The notes beneath the pieces were generated by a model, which made no database searches, was not told the DNA's origin, and was given only the letters and a program-made list of their open reading frames with translations. Position numbers and translations under genes: made by a program. DNA of 64,000 nucleotides from an uncultured bacterium (lineage in GTDB: Bacteria; Armatimonadota; UBA5829): NCBI GenBank assembly GCA_963775535.1, contig CAVZJH010000057.1, positions 3,818 to 67,817 of the forward strand, read 5' to 3'. Numbering within the stretch: position 1 is the first letter of the stretch; each line of letters begins with the position of its first letter. This document shows positions 49,281 to 59,596 of the stretch, one piece after another.

Positions 49281-52200
49281 ATGAGTCTCGAAAAACTACT
49301 GCAACTCAGTGATGAACATTCCAAGTCGCGCGAAGCGCTGGATGCTATGAAAAGAGGGGCCCGGCTCCTCCAGATCGAAGGCCTCGCCGCCGCCGCAAAA
49401 GGTTGGATGCTTGCGGGCGCGTTTGCCGAGACCGGGCGGGCGATGCTGGTTCTGACCTACAGTCAGGAGCAGGCCGAGCGGATCGCCGAAGATATGCCTC
49501 ACTACGGCGTTGCGAAGGACCGGGTAATGTTCTTCCCGCCCAGCGACGCGATGATTTACGAGGAGGGCCCGCCAAACTTCAGCGTGATTGGGGAAAGGCT
49601 GGCGGCCCTGCACGCCCTCGCGTCCGGCAAAGGCGCCGTGGTTGTCGCTCCCATAAACTCCGCTCTGCGCCGCACCATGCCCGTGAATACACTCATTCGC
49701 TCCTACGCCGCGGTCAAAACGGGCGATGAGATGGACATGGACAAGTTCGCGAGGCTTCTGGTGAGCATGGGCTATGAACACGCGGACGTGGTGGACAGGC
49801 ACGGCGAGTTCAGCCGCAGGGGTGGGCTTATAGATGTGTTTGCGTCCAACGAAGAGCTGCCGCTGCGCATCGAACTGTTCGGAGATGAAGTGGAGAGCAT
49901 CCGGCATTTCGACAGCGCGACCCAGCGATCTACCGACAAAATGAGAGAGGCCCTCATTCTGCCTGCGCGAGAGGTGTTGATCGACACGGACAATGCACCC
50001 AGGGCCGCTGTCCGGATGCGAAAGGAACTCGAGGGTCAGTTAAAGAGCCTGATCGAGTCCGGAGATTCTGAAGCTGCCAGGCGTCTCAAGGAAAAGCTGG
50101 AAGACGACATACTGCGCATCGAGAGCGGGGCGTACTTTGATGAGATAGAATATTATCTGCCCTACCTGCACCCCGAAGAGGTCAGCATATTCGATTACCT
50201 GCCGAGGACGCAATCGTGGTGCTCGATGAGCCTGCGCAGATCAAGTCACACTGGGAGCAGCACGAAGAGAGTATGCTGGAGACGCTGATCAATCGCGCGG
50301 GCAGGGGGCTTCTCCTCGCCTCGCAGCAGCGGCAGCACGTTCACTTCGAGTCCGTCATAAAGCGCGCCCTGGCGGAAAGGCACGGGCTGGCATTCGCGCT
50401 TCTGCCCAGGCCTGTGAGCTGGGCGAGGCCGGATGCGAGTGTGGCTATGCCTTCATCTCCGATGGATTCGTTCGGAGGTCGGGTAGAGGCCGCGATGGAC
50501 CAGGTGAAGACATGGCTCGGGAATAATCTGTGCGTGATCATCGCATCCGCGCAGGACACCAGGATGCTGGAGATTCTCGAGGAGTTTGGTATCGAGGCCG
50601 TTCATCTGGAAGAGGCCGGAGATGTAACGCCCGGAGTTTATGTTGCCCATTCGTCCCTGCGGACCGGCTACAAACTGCAGGATCAGGGACTGATGGTGGT
50701 CACGGACTCGGAGATCTTCGGCGAACAGCGTCTTCATCGCCCGCGAAAGGCTTCACACGAAGGAATTCCAATCTCGAGCGTGCTCGACCTCAGGGAAGGT
50801 GACTACGTCGTTCACATCAACCACGGAATCGGCTTCTACCGCGGGATTCACAAGCTGAACACCCAGGGAGTTGAGCGCGAGTATCTGCTTTTGGAGTATG
50901 CGGGGAACGACAAACTGTATGTGCCCTCCGAGCAGATCGACCGCGTGCAGAGGTACATCGGAGGCGAGGGAACTCCGCCCACGGTACACCGCATCGGAGG
51001 CAGCGAGTGGCTGCGCACTACCAAGCGTGTTTCCAAGGCCGTTCAGGAGATGGCGAAGGAACTTGTCGAGCTGTACGCGTGGCGGCAGGCTCTGGAGGGA
51101 CACGCTTACGGCCCGGATACCCCCTGGCAGCAGGAAATGGAGTCCGCGTTCCCTTATACCGAGACTCCCGATCAGATGGACGCCATTCTCGACGTTAAAA
51201 GAGACCTGGAAAAGCCGCAGGCGATGGACAGGCTTATATGCGGAGATGTGGGTTATGGCAAGACCGAGGTCGCCATTCGAGCTGCGTTTAAGGTTGTGAG
51301 TGAAGGTAGGCAGGTTGCTGTTCTTGCGCCGACCACGGTCCTTGCTCAGCAGCACTTCAATACATTTACCGAACGGCTCGCCGCGTTTCCGATCAATGTC
51401 GATCAGCTCTCGCGGTTTCGTTCGAAATCGGAGCAGAAGGCGACAATCGAGGGCCTCAAATTCGGAACTGTGGATGTCGTAATCGGCACTCACCGGCTGC
51501 TCTCGAAGGATGTGGAGTTCAAAGACCTCGGCCTGCTCATTACCGACGAGGAACAGCGCTTCGGGGTCCGGCACAAGGAAAAGCTGAAGCAGCTCAGAAA
51601 GACCGTGGATGTGCTCACAATGACAGCTACCCCCATCCCGCGCACGCTGCACATGTCCCTTTCCGGGATACGCGACATGAGCGTGATCAACGATCCGCCC
51701 GAGGGCCGGATGCCGATCAAGACGTTTGTAAAGGAAGCCGAGTCGGATGTCGTTCGCGAGGCGATTGTGAGAGAGCTGGACCGCGGCGGGCAGGTGTTCT
51801 TCGTGCATAACAGGGTGGAGAACATAGGCCATGTGGCCGATCAGGTGCAGAAGCTGGTTCCCTATGCGCGCGTGGACACCGCGCACGGTCAGATGCCGGA
51901 AACCGAGCTCGAGCGCGTGATGATGGACTTTTACGAGCATAAGTTCGATGTCCTGGTATGCACGACCATTATCGAGAGCGGACTCGATATTCCGAACGCG
52001 AACACCATTGTCATCAACGAGGCCGATAAGCTCGGTCTCGCGCAGCTATATCAGCTCAGAGGCAGGGTCGGGCGCTCCGACCGCCAGGCCTACGCTTACC
52101 TCATCTACAAGCCGGACAAGGTGCTGACCGAGGTTGCGGAGAAGCGGCTTGCGGCCATTCGCGAGTTCACCGAACTTGGAAGCGGATTCCGGATTGCAAT

Positions 52201-52804
52201 GAGGGATCTGCAAATCAGAGGCGCGGGAAACCTGCTCGGCTCCGAACAGAGCGGGCAGATGTCCGCAGTTGGTTTCGATCTCTACTGCCAGCTTCTTACC
52301 AGGGCAGTCTCCGAACTGAAGGGCGAAGATGTCGAAGAGATCCAACTGCCGCCTGTGGATTTGCCGGTTGATGCGTTCATTCCACAGGGTTACATGCCCA
52401 CCGAGGCGCACAGAATCCTCTTCTACAAGAAGATGGCCGCGGTCAAGAGCGTGGAGGATGTTCAGGCGGTGCAGGACGAACTCGAGGACCGTTTCGGCGA
52501 CCCGCCCAAGCCGGTCTGGAACATGCTCGCGATCATCAGGATGAGATTGAGGTGCTACGAACTCGGCATCGCGAGCATAGGCACGCTCAAGAACCAGATT
52601 CAGGTGAAGTTCGGCGACGGTGTGCGGCTGGACCCGGAGTTCTGCCGCGAACTGATCAAGCTCCACCGCCGGCACTGGTTCGAGGCCGACAGAATGGTCA
52701 TTAACCCATCGAGCCCCAGGATAATATCGGAGGTGGAAGATATGCTGGAGGTCCTTGCGCGCGCATTCAAGCGGATGCAGGCGAAGTACGCGCAGATGTA
52801 CTAG
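49281..52804 (+). CDS. mfd: Transcription-repair coupling factor Mfd; one frameshift near 50216-50288
   Basis: UvrB-interaction N-domain, then DEAD/helicase motifs (GDVGYGKTEVA, DEEQRFGV, TATPIPRTL, QLRGRVGRS) and TRCF C-terminal domain. Frame 3 gives way to frame 2. Possible TTGACC-18-TATGTA promoter at ~49241-49270. Confidence 0.9.
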
Positions 52805-52876
52805 GCGAGCGCTCGGAAGCCAGGGGCTGATGGTTCGGGTTGTAGACCGTGGGAGAAACCTGGGATATCCGCAAAA

Positions 52877-52915
52877 GAGGCCGACTTGCGCCGGCCTCGA
52901 ATAATTCGATTTTGA
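52877..52915 (+). terminator. Hairpin GAGGCCG-acttgcgc-CGGCCTC followed by a T-rich run, after mfd
   Basis: Seen directly. Lies between convergent genes. Confidence 0.45.
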
Positions 52916-52924
52916 ATTGTTTCC

Positions 52925-53635
52925 CTACCACAACTTGAACTTCACATTGGTTGCCGGCTGGTCGAACTTCGCATCGACCGCTATAATCGCCACCCCCGTT
53001 GCAACGTTCACATCCGTGGTGTACATCCCGAATTTCTGGCTTTCACCTGTCTCCTTACCATCGCTGCCTTTTGGCCAGCGGGTGACAGTTCCCCTGATGC
53101 TGAGCTTTACGTTCTTTCCCGTCTGAACAAGCTTCATGCCCGGCTTGATGTGCCAGTTCGCCGTATCCCCGACGGATACCAGATCTTTAGCCACCGCCCC
53201 GCTGCCTGTCATAGAGGTCGGAGTGATTCTGATGGCCATTCCGTAGAGGTTGTTCGCCTTTTGGGCATGTTTGATCACGACGAGCGCGTCTTCTTTGATA
53301 TCGCCTTTGCAGGGTCCGCCGCCGAACCCAGGCACGTAGATATTTCCTGTCCAGGTCCCGACAACTCCGCCCTGGGGAAGCAGCAGGAAATTGAGTGTCA
53401 GTTTGCCTATACCGGGGACTTTGACCGTTCCGGTGCCCTCTTTAGCACCATTGGTTTCTGTGTAGATCGCCTTAAAAGTGAAACCAGCTACCGTTACGTT
53501 GCCTTTTACCTGCCCGGGCAGCAGTTTGGGCGCCGCCGATCCTTTGTTGGTGGATGGCTTGGCACAATAGGCTGCGCCGCTCAACACCACGCACAACACA
53601 ACCAATAAGGCCGATCTCAAATGCGTCAGTCTCAT
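52925..53635 (-). CDS. Secreted hypothetical protein (236 aa, Gly/Thr/Lys-rich beta-rich)
   Basis: Likely start MRLTHLRSALLVVLCVVLSGAAYC (signal peptide). The longer annotated ORF begins upstream. Downstream of, and co-directional with, the PEP-utilising enzyme gene. Confidence 0.45.
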   Translation of the reverse strand: MRLTHLRSALLVVLCVVLSGAAYCAKPSTNKGSAAPKLLPGQVKGNVTVAGFTFKAIYTETNGAKEGTGTVKVPGIGKLTLNFLLLPQGGVVGTWTGNIYVPGFGGGPCKGDIKEDALVVIKHAQKANNLYGMAIRITPTSMTGSGAVAKDLVSVGDTANWHIKPGMKLVQTGKNVKLSIRGTVTRWPKGSDGKETGESQKFGMYTTDVNVATGVAIIAVDAKFDQPATNVKFKLW

Positions 53636-53813
53636 TCCTGTTTCTTGCTCCTTTCTTGCTAATCCATACAGAAAAGTTGAGTTTTTATTATGGTAACCGC
53701 CCGCGCATTGCTTGTCAAACAAAGCGCAATATGGGGGTCCAGGGGCCACTTGGCTCCTGGCGGGATCCAAGGGCAGCGCCCTTGGTGGGGGTCAGGGGCG
53801 AAGCCCCTTTACA

Positions 53814-56150
53814 CTAAGCACTGCAGAAGGCCGTTATTTCGACAGTTCCCGTGAAACCGTCCACGGTCAGCTTTCGGCGATCCTTAACGGCGGCGAGGAT
53901 TCCGTGGCAGCCCGTAACGATGGGAACGCCATATTCCCTCGCCTGTAACGCGTGCGCCGAACCGAACTCTTCCTCTTGGGAGATCAACGCTCCGGCCGTT
54001 GAAAGAAACGGGGTCCATGCCAGACTCAGCTCTTTCACGATCAGGATATCGCCCCGCTCGATCTCGCCCGCCTCCTCCAGCGTGTGCACAACCCTGGCGG
54101 GTCCCGAGGCCGCGCCCGGAGCGGCCGCGCGGCCCTTGACTAACTCCTGCGGCTGATCCGCAGCCGGTTGATCCACCGTGTTTTCGTCAGAGAGCAGGAC
54201 ATCCGGCGGCGAAAGCCGCCGCTCCAGCCATAAATCGTGTTTTCTGCGGGCTATGCGGGTCGCGACGGAGTTGCGCGCGGCCTTATCCGGCTTTGCGGGA
54301 AGCGCAAGAAGCTCGTCCAGTGTGAGGCAGAATATATCATTTTTCTCCGCGAGCACGCCCGAGCTGTGCAGCCTGCCTGCATGTTCAACAAGCGCCAGCC
54401 TCAGACCCGTGCACGCCAGCGCATATATCTGCTCGGCTTCGTTGTGATTCGTAAGAATGCTGCGTGACAGACGGAGGAGCGACTGCAACGACCGGCGGGC
54501 TCCGCCCTTGAAGAGAGCGGCGGCTTCACCGGCAGCCTCATCTGCCGAAGCCTGGGCTGCGCAGTGCCGCGTCACAAGCGTCGGCCGGCTGCCCTGCCTT
54601 GCGACAGCCCCTATGATTCGGAAAACAGCGTCGTCATCCTCCACCCAGCTTTTCCACGAAGCCACGTCGTAAAGCTCGGAGACCTGGGCAAACGAATAAC
54701 CATATTCACGCGCGAAATGCTCTACCTCACGCTTGTAGTGATGCCGCCATTTCTCGTCACCGAGCTTTCCGTTGTCATTGGCGATCCGGAAGCGTTCTCC
54801 GAGCTCCTGCAGCCGGGCATCTCGCAGCACGGTAGGGTCAGGCAGGCCTTCGAGAAGCCTCGCGCAAAGAGAAGCATCGGTGACGGTGGCGTTCAATTCC
54901 CCGGTAAACGCAGCATCCAGGCTGGACATTCGGGCTTCCCACGAAGCCGCGCGGCGCACCGTATCGGCGGCATCGACAAGGGCGCCCAGCAGCCGGGCAT
55001 GGTCCAGACCTGAGAGGTCTGTCTCCAGCACCTGCGAACAGCGCTGCCTGAGCGCCGTCGCGGCCTTTTTCTGCCACCTCTCCAAGAGCCTGCGGGCCGC
55101 AGCAGCCTGCTTTCTGTCGAAGTTGCCCGCATCTTCGACGCGCCGATACACATAACCGTTGATCGGGTTCGCAAACAAGCCGGGCTTCGTCTTTCCATCG
55201 ACCGGCTTCCAGAGCAGGCTTCTCGAGAAATAGGATATGGGCTGATCTGAAACTCGCCGCCAACGGGTCTTGCGTTCTCCTTCTTTCGGCAGCCAAGCCG
55301 GAGAAAAATGCGCAGGCGGCGTGCAGAGCGGCTGCGCCTGCAGCATCCACAGCTTGCCGCCGTCGTAAGCCCAGTCCACCTCTACCGCGGATCCGAGGAC
55401 ATCTTCAGCGAGCAAAGCTTTTTCCGCGATGAGTAGTGCACCGTCCGGGTCCAGAGTATCTCGAGTATTCACCGAGCGCAAGTCGCGAAGGTCGACCTCT
55501 ACGAATGCGGAATCCACCGAGTCCCAGGCGCGCGAGACGCGCATAAGCACCTTGTGCGGATCGCCGGTGACGGTGCAGGCGGTTTTCGCGCTTCCGAACC
55601 AGTCCGCATCGATCATCTGTTGAACGATCACGGCCATAGCAGGCTCGGATTTGTTTTCCACGCTGGCTCTGTAAGCCGCAGCCTTGCCATTCCAGAGGGA
55701 AGCCCACACGCGTTTGATTGCTACGCACAAGGCCTCGAAGCCCGAAACATTTAGATAGCTTTCGTATGCTCCGGGAAAGCAGAAGTCCGGCAGTCCGTTC
55801 TCCAGCGCGGACGCGCGCACGGCAACCCTTGGGTCCGCGCAGCCGGCCTGCCAGGACAGCCGTTCGTAGGCTTCGGATATTGTCTGCCGAACATCGTCCG
55901 GGATATCTTGAGTCATGATCGCAGACCGGATGCGTTCCCGATCCTCCGCTTCCTGGGCCGCGGAGGCGACGGCGCGGGCTCCGCTGGCCCAGAGATGGGA
56001 GCGGTAAGCGTCTGCGCTGATAACGAAGCCCCTCGGCACAGCAAAACGAGCCGTGATCAGTCTCGAGAGATCGACTGCCTTGCTGCCGGTCTTGCGACTT
56101 CGCTGCGCGTCCACAAGCGGAACTACTAAGGAAATGCCTGAAGATGACAT
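53814..56150 (-). CDS. PEP-utilising-enzyme family protein: PpsA-like N-terminal ATP-grasp domain plus C-terminal swivel phosphohistidine domain, no PEP/pyruvate TIM-barrel domain (rifampicin-phosphotransferase-like architecture)
   Basis: N-terminus SLVVPLVDAQRSRKTGSKAVDLSRLITARFAVPRGFVISADAY matches the PPDK_N nucleotide-binding domain. C-terminus GDILIVKELSLAWTPFLSTAGALISQEEEFGSAHALQAREYGVPIVTG is the mobile His domain. The ORF ends right after it. Confidence 0.75.
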   Translation of the reverse strand: MSSSGISLVVPLVDAQRSRKTGSKAVDLSRLITARFAVPRGFVISADAYRSHLWASGARAVASAAQEAEDRERIRSAIMTQDIPDDVRQTISEAYERLSWQAGCADPRVAVRASALENGLPDFCFPGAYESYLNVSGFEALCVAIKRVWASLWNGKAAAYRASVENKSEPAMAVIVQQMIDADWFGSAKTACTVTGDPHKVLMRVSRAWDSVDSAFVEVDLRDLRSVNTRDTLDPDGALLIAEKALLAEDVLGSAVEVDWAYDGGKLWMLQAQPLCTPPAHFSPAWLPKEGERKTRWRRVSDQPISYFSRSLLWKPVDGKTKPGLFANPINGYVYRRVEDAGNFDRKQAAAARRLLERWQKKAATALRQRCSQVLETDLSGLDHARLLGALVDAADTVRRAASWEARMSSLDAAFTGELNATVTDASLCARLLEGLPDPTVLRDARLQELGERFRIANDNGKLGDEKWRHHYKREVEHFAREYGYSFAQVSELYDVASWKSWVEDDDAVFRIIGAVARQGSRPTLVTRHCAAQASADEAAGEAAALFKGGARRSLQSLLRLSRSILTNHNEAEQIYALACTGLRLALVEHAGRLHSSGVLAEKNDIFCLTLDELLALPAKPDKAARNSVATRIARRKHDLWLERRLSPPDVLLSDENTVDQPAADQPQELVKGRAAAPGAASGPARVVHTLEEAGEIERGDILIVKELSLAWTPFLSTAGALISQEEEFGSAHALQAREYGVPIVTGCHGILAAVKDRRKLTVDGFTGTVEITAFCSA

Positions 56151-56404
56151 GGGTAATGCTCAGTTGATTATAAGTGCGAGGCGTGAGGGTGTCAATGGCG
56201 TCCCGGCGTCGCGTTCGGGATACGTTCTCTTTTTTCCCAAAGGAAAAAAAGGAGTAATTTAATGGCTGGCTGCAAAACCACCTGTCAATAGTGCTGTGAT
56301 TGGCACGATTCTTGCACCTATATAAAGTGAGAAAAACATCTTTTTCTCCTTCCTTAAAGTGTTGTGGCTTTACTCGCATTGAAGGCTCCCCGCCTTCATA
56401 CGCG

Positions 56405-56438
56405 CCCCGCCCGCAAATTGCAGGCGGGATTTCTTTTG
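56405..56438 (+). terminator. Stem-loop CCGCCCGC-aaattgca-GGCGGG plus a T-tract; possible 3' end of a short plus-strand transcript
   Basis: Seen directly. About 100 nt downstream of a TTGGCA-15-TATAAA promoter-like pair at ~56301-56329. Confidence 0.35.
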
Positions 56439-56521
56439 TACGGAGTGTGGACGCTGCCCCGGGATTATCCGAAACCGGCGTTTTAACAAGACATGCGCCA
56501 TGCCAAGACTGTTGTTGCAAA

Positions 56522-58272
56522 GGCAATATGTCCTCTTAACTGCAAAGGGAAAATGTCCTCTTAGTGTATCGTAACGTTACGTTATTCCGGCTTTTGTCGG
56601 GCGAGTTTGGAGTGGAATATCCTCCAAGCTCGCCAGAGCATCGTGCGCTGATTCGAGCATCTCTAATAGAGACTCTCCCACCTGCGATTCCTGCCAAGTG
56701 TCCGTGCGCTGGTCGAAATAATCCTGCATTTCGGTGGTGGCACCCTCCAGCAGAGCCGATGCCGCCTTAATCATGGCTTTCCACCTGCGCAGTCCCGGCA
56801 CTGATGGGATTGACCCGAATGTCGCCTGAGCGCATCTACCACGATAAGCGGCTTGCCGCTCGCCATTGGTTTGATACTTCCTCCTCCTTGGCATGAGCCG
56901 CTCCTTTCACGCGATGCGCGTTGCTCCTATTTGTCTTCCTGGTCCGGACCTTCTCATGGAGCTACCTTCGATAGCACTGGCCGATTTGGATGCCATATAC
57001 ACCCACTGGCTTTCCATAACAGCGCGGACCCCTTTTCTCCTTCTCCTTGCCCGGATCGGTTCCGCGATCTCATTGGCAGGTGCTGTGGCTATCAGCCTTT
57101 CCTCGTAGTAGACCCGCCAACTGCCATCTAGGAGTTGCCGCAGTTCGGCTTTTAGGCCGGCATAGCTTCTCTTGCCGGGTCCAGGTGGAATGTCTATGAC
57201 GATCCCGTCGAAGCGTATCGCGTTATCGTTGCCCACGCGGGCCCCATACTCAAGGGAAAGAACGCGCTCCAGATCAAGTCCACGCCTGGGCTTTCTCCAA
57301 GCGCTCTGCGTATCCTGCGGTGCCACCGTAAACTTCTCGTTGAACTCCCGCACGAATATCTCGGCGTATGCGTTTGCTCCAGCAATATCTGTGATACCTT
57401 CCAAGCTCAACATCGCGCACAATCTGTCCTGGAGCGTCTTGAAGAGCCTTTCCACTCGACCTTTTGCCTGTGGTGTCCTCGCAAAGATAGCCTCGATACT
57501 CAGAGATTCCAGCGCCGAGCCGACCTGTGTCGGGTCCTGGCGCCCAGCCAGTTCCTCTTCTATACTCCAGAAGTCGTCGTTGCGCTTGAGTGATGAGTGA
57601 CGATCCTGGTAGACGCTCGCCGGAATGCCGTGGCTTGTCACGACACGACGCAGCAGTTCAAGATATGCCCACGAGCACTCCGCTTCCGTAAAGAACAGCC
57701 CCAAAACCTTGCCCGTGGCGTTATCCATGGCAGCCATCGCGCAGCACGCTTCCATACCAGGGCCAAACCACCGGTGGGGGCTGCCATCCCAGAGCATCAT
57801 CAGTCCCTCGCTCACTTTCCTTGGCCTTCTCTTGTGATGCTTCCTCGGTCTGCGCTTCATCTTAGGCTTAATCCCATCCCCGCGACGAATCCCACGAACC
57901 GTCTCCCGTGAAAGAGATATCCCCTCACGCTCCACGAGCATTTCGTGGAAATGACTGTCGTTGAACAGGCTATAGCGTTCTTCGGAGAGGGCCAACACTT
58001 TCGAGCGCACTTCATCGCTGATCTTATTCCCGGGACTCCGGCCCCGGTTGCCGTGCAGCAGACCCGCGACGCCATCGCCCTCAACCGACTTTCTAAGCCG
58101 CCTGGCCTGACGGTAGCTCACTCCCATCTTCTCTGCCGCCTCACTCAGAGCCACACGACCCTCCAATACCATCCGCAGCAAGTGATGCCGCGCTACATCT
58201 CGCTCACTAATCTCCATGCCTCCATTCTACAGGAGGACATTATCGCACTGCAGTTAAGGAGGACATAATCGC
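56522..58272 (-). mobile_element. Insertion sequence (~1.75 kb) encoding an rve-type DDE transposase (ISNCY/IS481-like), bounded by ~42-bp imperfect inverted repeats
   Basis: Left inverted repeat at 56522-56563 versus the reverse complement of 58230-58272: GCAATATGTCCTCTTAACTGCAAAGGGAAAATGTCCTCTTAG versus GCGATTATGTCCTCCTTAACTGCAGTGCGATAATGTCCTCCTG. Each repeat holds two copies of ATGTCCTC(C/T)T. A 20-bp direct repeat ACATGCGCCATGCCAAGACT lies 9-12 bp outside each end (56490-56509 and 58282-58301). Confidence 0.7.
56907..58217 (-). CDS. DDE transposase with N-terminal HTH and rve (integrase core) domain, 436 aa
   Basis: HTH (MGVSYRQARRLRKSVEGDGVAGLLHGNRGRSP), basic linker, then a core carrying the candidate catalytic acidic residues (WDGSPHRWF ... 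). Start codon lies 13 bp inside the right inverted repeat. Confidence 0.75.
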   Translation of the reverse strand: MEISERDVARHHLLRMVLEGRVALSEAAEKMGVSYRQARRLRKSVEGDGVAGLLHGNRGRSPGNKISDEVRSKVLALSEERYSLFNDSHFHEMLVEREGISLSRETVRGIRRGDGIKPKMKRRPRKHHKRRPRKVSEGLMMLWDGSPHRWFGPGMEACCAMAAMDNATGKVLGLFFTEAECSWAYLELLRRVVTSHGIPASVYQDRHSSLKRNDDFWSIEEELAGRQDPTQVGSALESLSIEAIFARTPQAKGRVERLFKTLQDRLCAMLSLEGITDIAGANAYAEIFVREFNEKFTVAPQDTQSAWRKPRRGLDLERVLSLEYGARVGNDNAIRFDGIVIDIPPGPGKRSYAGLKAELRQLLDGSWRVYYEERLIATAPANEIAEPIRARRRRKGVRAVMESQWVYMASKSASAIEGSSMRRSGPGRQIGATRIA

Positions 58273-58437
58273 TATGCTACCACATGCGCCATGCCAAGAC
58301 TTGACACCACAAGCTCAACAGCGCTATTCTCTTTACAGTTATATAAGTTATTGTAAGGGCGCGGCTGGGTCTCACGTCAGAACGGATGAGTGCCCAACCG
58401 ACCGGCAACTATTTACCACATAGAGAGAACATCCTTC

Positions 58438-59502
58438 ATGAAACAACTGCTATATCGTTTTCTAAGAGCGCAGCAGGCGGGATTGATCCTGGTCATTCTC
58501 CTGCTAGGTTTACTGCTCACTGTGTTCGCCGGGTCGCACACGGACCAGGCAACCGGCGCGCAAGTCAACAATTTTCTGAACTCATACACCCTCATGCAGA
58601 CGATCACCGACGCCTGCTTCTTTGCCATCATGGCTATTGGAGTGACAATGGTCATCATCTCCAATGGAATAGACCTATCCGTCGGCTCGACATACGCGCT
58701 GGCGGGGGTAACGATGGCGATGGTCCTGCGTAGTTTCGGCACTACGGCGACCCTGCCTACGCTGGGAATCGCAATCGTGTTGTGCCTGGGCATTGGTATT
58801 TTGTGCGGACTGATCAACGGCGTAATGGTGGTCGGACTGCGCGTGCATCCCTTTATTATTACATTAGGCACGATGTGGATATTTCGAGGGATCGCATTCG
58901 TAGCCAGCAAGGCCGAGAGCATTCTCGTGCCCAACAGCCTGATCGGCGTGGCAAAGAATTCTCTGGGGCTGCGCGCGGAGATATACCCCGTGCCTATGCT
59001 CGTTATGCTGGTGATAACCATTCTGGGGGAAGTCTACCTTCTTAAGACGGTCATGGGCCGTAACGTCTACGCGGTCGGTGGGAACCCCGAGGCCGCGCGT
59101 TACTGCGGCTTGAACACAAACCGCACGTTGATCGGAGTCTACGTGATCGCCGGCTTGACCGCGGGCATCGCAGCCCTGATAGGAAGCAGCTTCTACGGCT
59201 CATCTTCTTGCGCTGACGCCACCGGCTATGAGCTCTATGTAATCGCCTCCGCTGTAGTAGGAGGGGCGAGTTTGACTGGAGGCAAGGGCAGCGCGGTGGG
59301 CGCCATGCTCGGAGCGCTGCTTATCGTAATGATCAGGCAGTCGATTCGCACGCTGCACTTCGATCAGAACTATGAGTGGATCATCATCGGCTCCGCCACC
59401 ATCATCGCCGTGGTGCTGGACCGAGTGAACGCGCAACTTGCAACCAAGCGAATGGCGCTGATGGCTGGTAAAGTTGAGGCTCAGAAAGTCAAGACAGCCT
59501 GA
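58438..59502 (+). CDS. ABC sugar transporter permease (RbsC/XylH-like)
   Basis: Likely start MKQLLYRF. Ten TM segments and the conserved GG.SLTGGKGS motif. No ATPase gene is adjacent; the IS lies immediately upstream. Confidence 0.8.
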   Translation: MKQLLYRFLRAQQAGLILVILLLGLLLTVFAGSHTDQATGAQVNNFLNSYTLMQTITDACFFAIMAIGVTMVIISNGIDLSVGSTYALAGVTMAMVLRSFGTTATLPTLGIAIVLCLGIGILCGLINGVMVVGLRVHPFIITLGTMWIFRGIAFVASKAESILVPNSLIGVAKNSLGLRAEIYPVPMLVMLVITILGEVYLLKTVMGRNVYAVGGNPEAARYCGLNTNRTLIGVYVIAGLTAGIAALIGSSFYGSSSCADATGYELYVIASAVVGGASLTGGKGSAVGAMLGALLIVMIRQSIRTLHFDQNYEWIIIGSATIIAVVLDRVNAQLATKRMALMAGKVEAQKVKTA

Positions 59503-59596
59503 TACCCTGGGGTGAATGTCGGATGCGGGGAAGCTGCCCCGAACCCCACCAAGAGAAGCCGAGGGCGAACGGATAATTGAACGAACACACACAAGC

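Noticed and set aside
55405-56526. 373-aa minus-strand ORF overlapping the PEP-utilising enzyme gene and the intergenic region
   Set aside because: Arg/Gly-rich low-complexity translation with no motifs. It overlaps a well-supported gene in another frame. Typical high-GC spurious ORF.
56490-58301. Interpreting the 20-bp flanking direct repeats as a simple target-site duplication
   Set aside because: They are separated from the inverted repeats by non-matching 9-12-bp spacers, and 20 bp exceeds any DDE transposase duplication I know. Reported as an anomaly instead.
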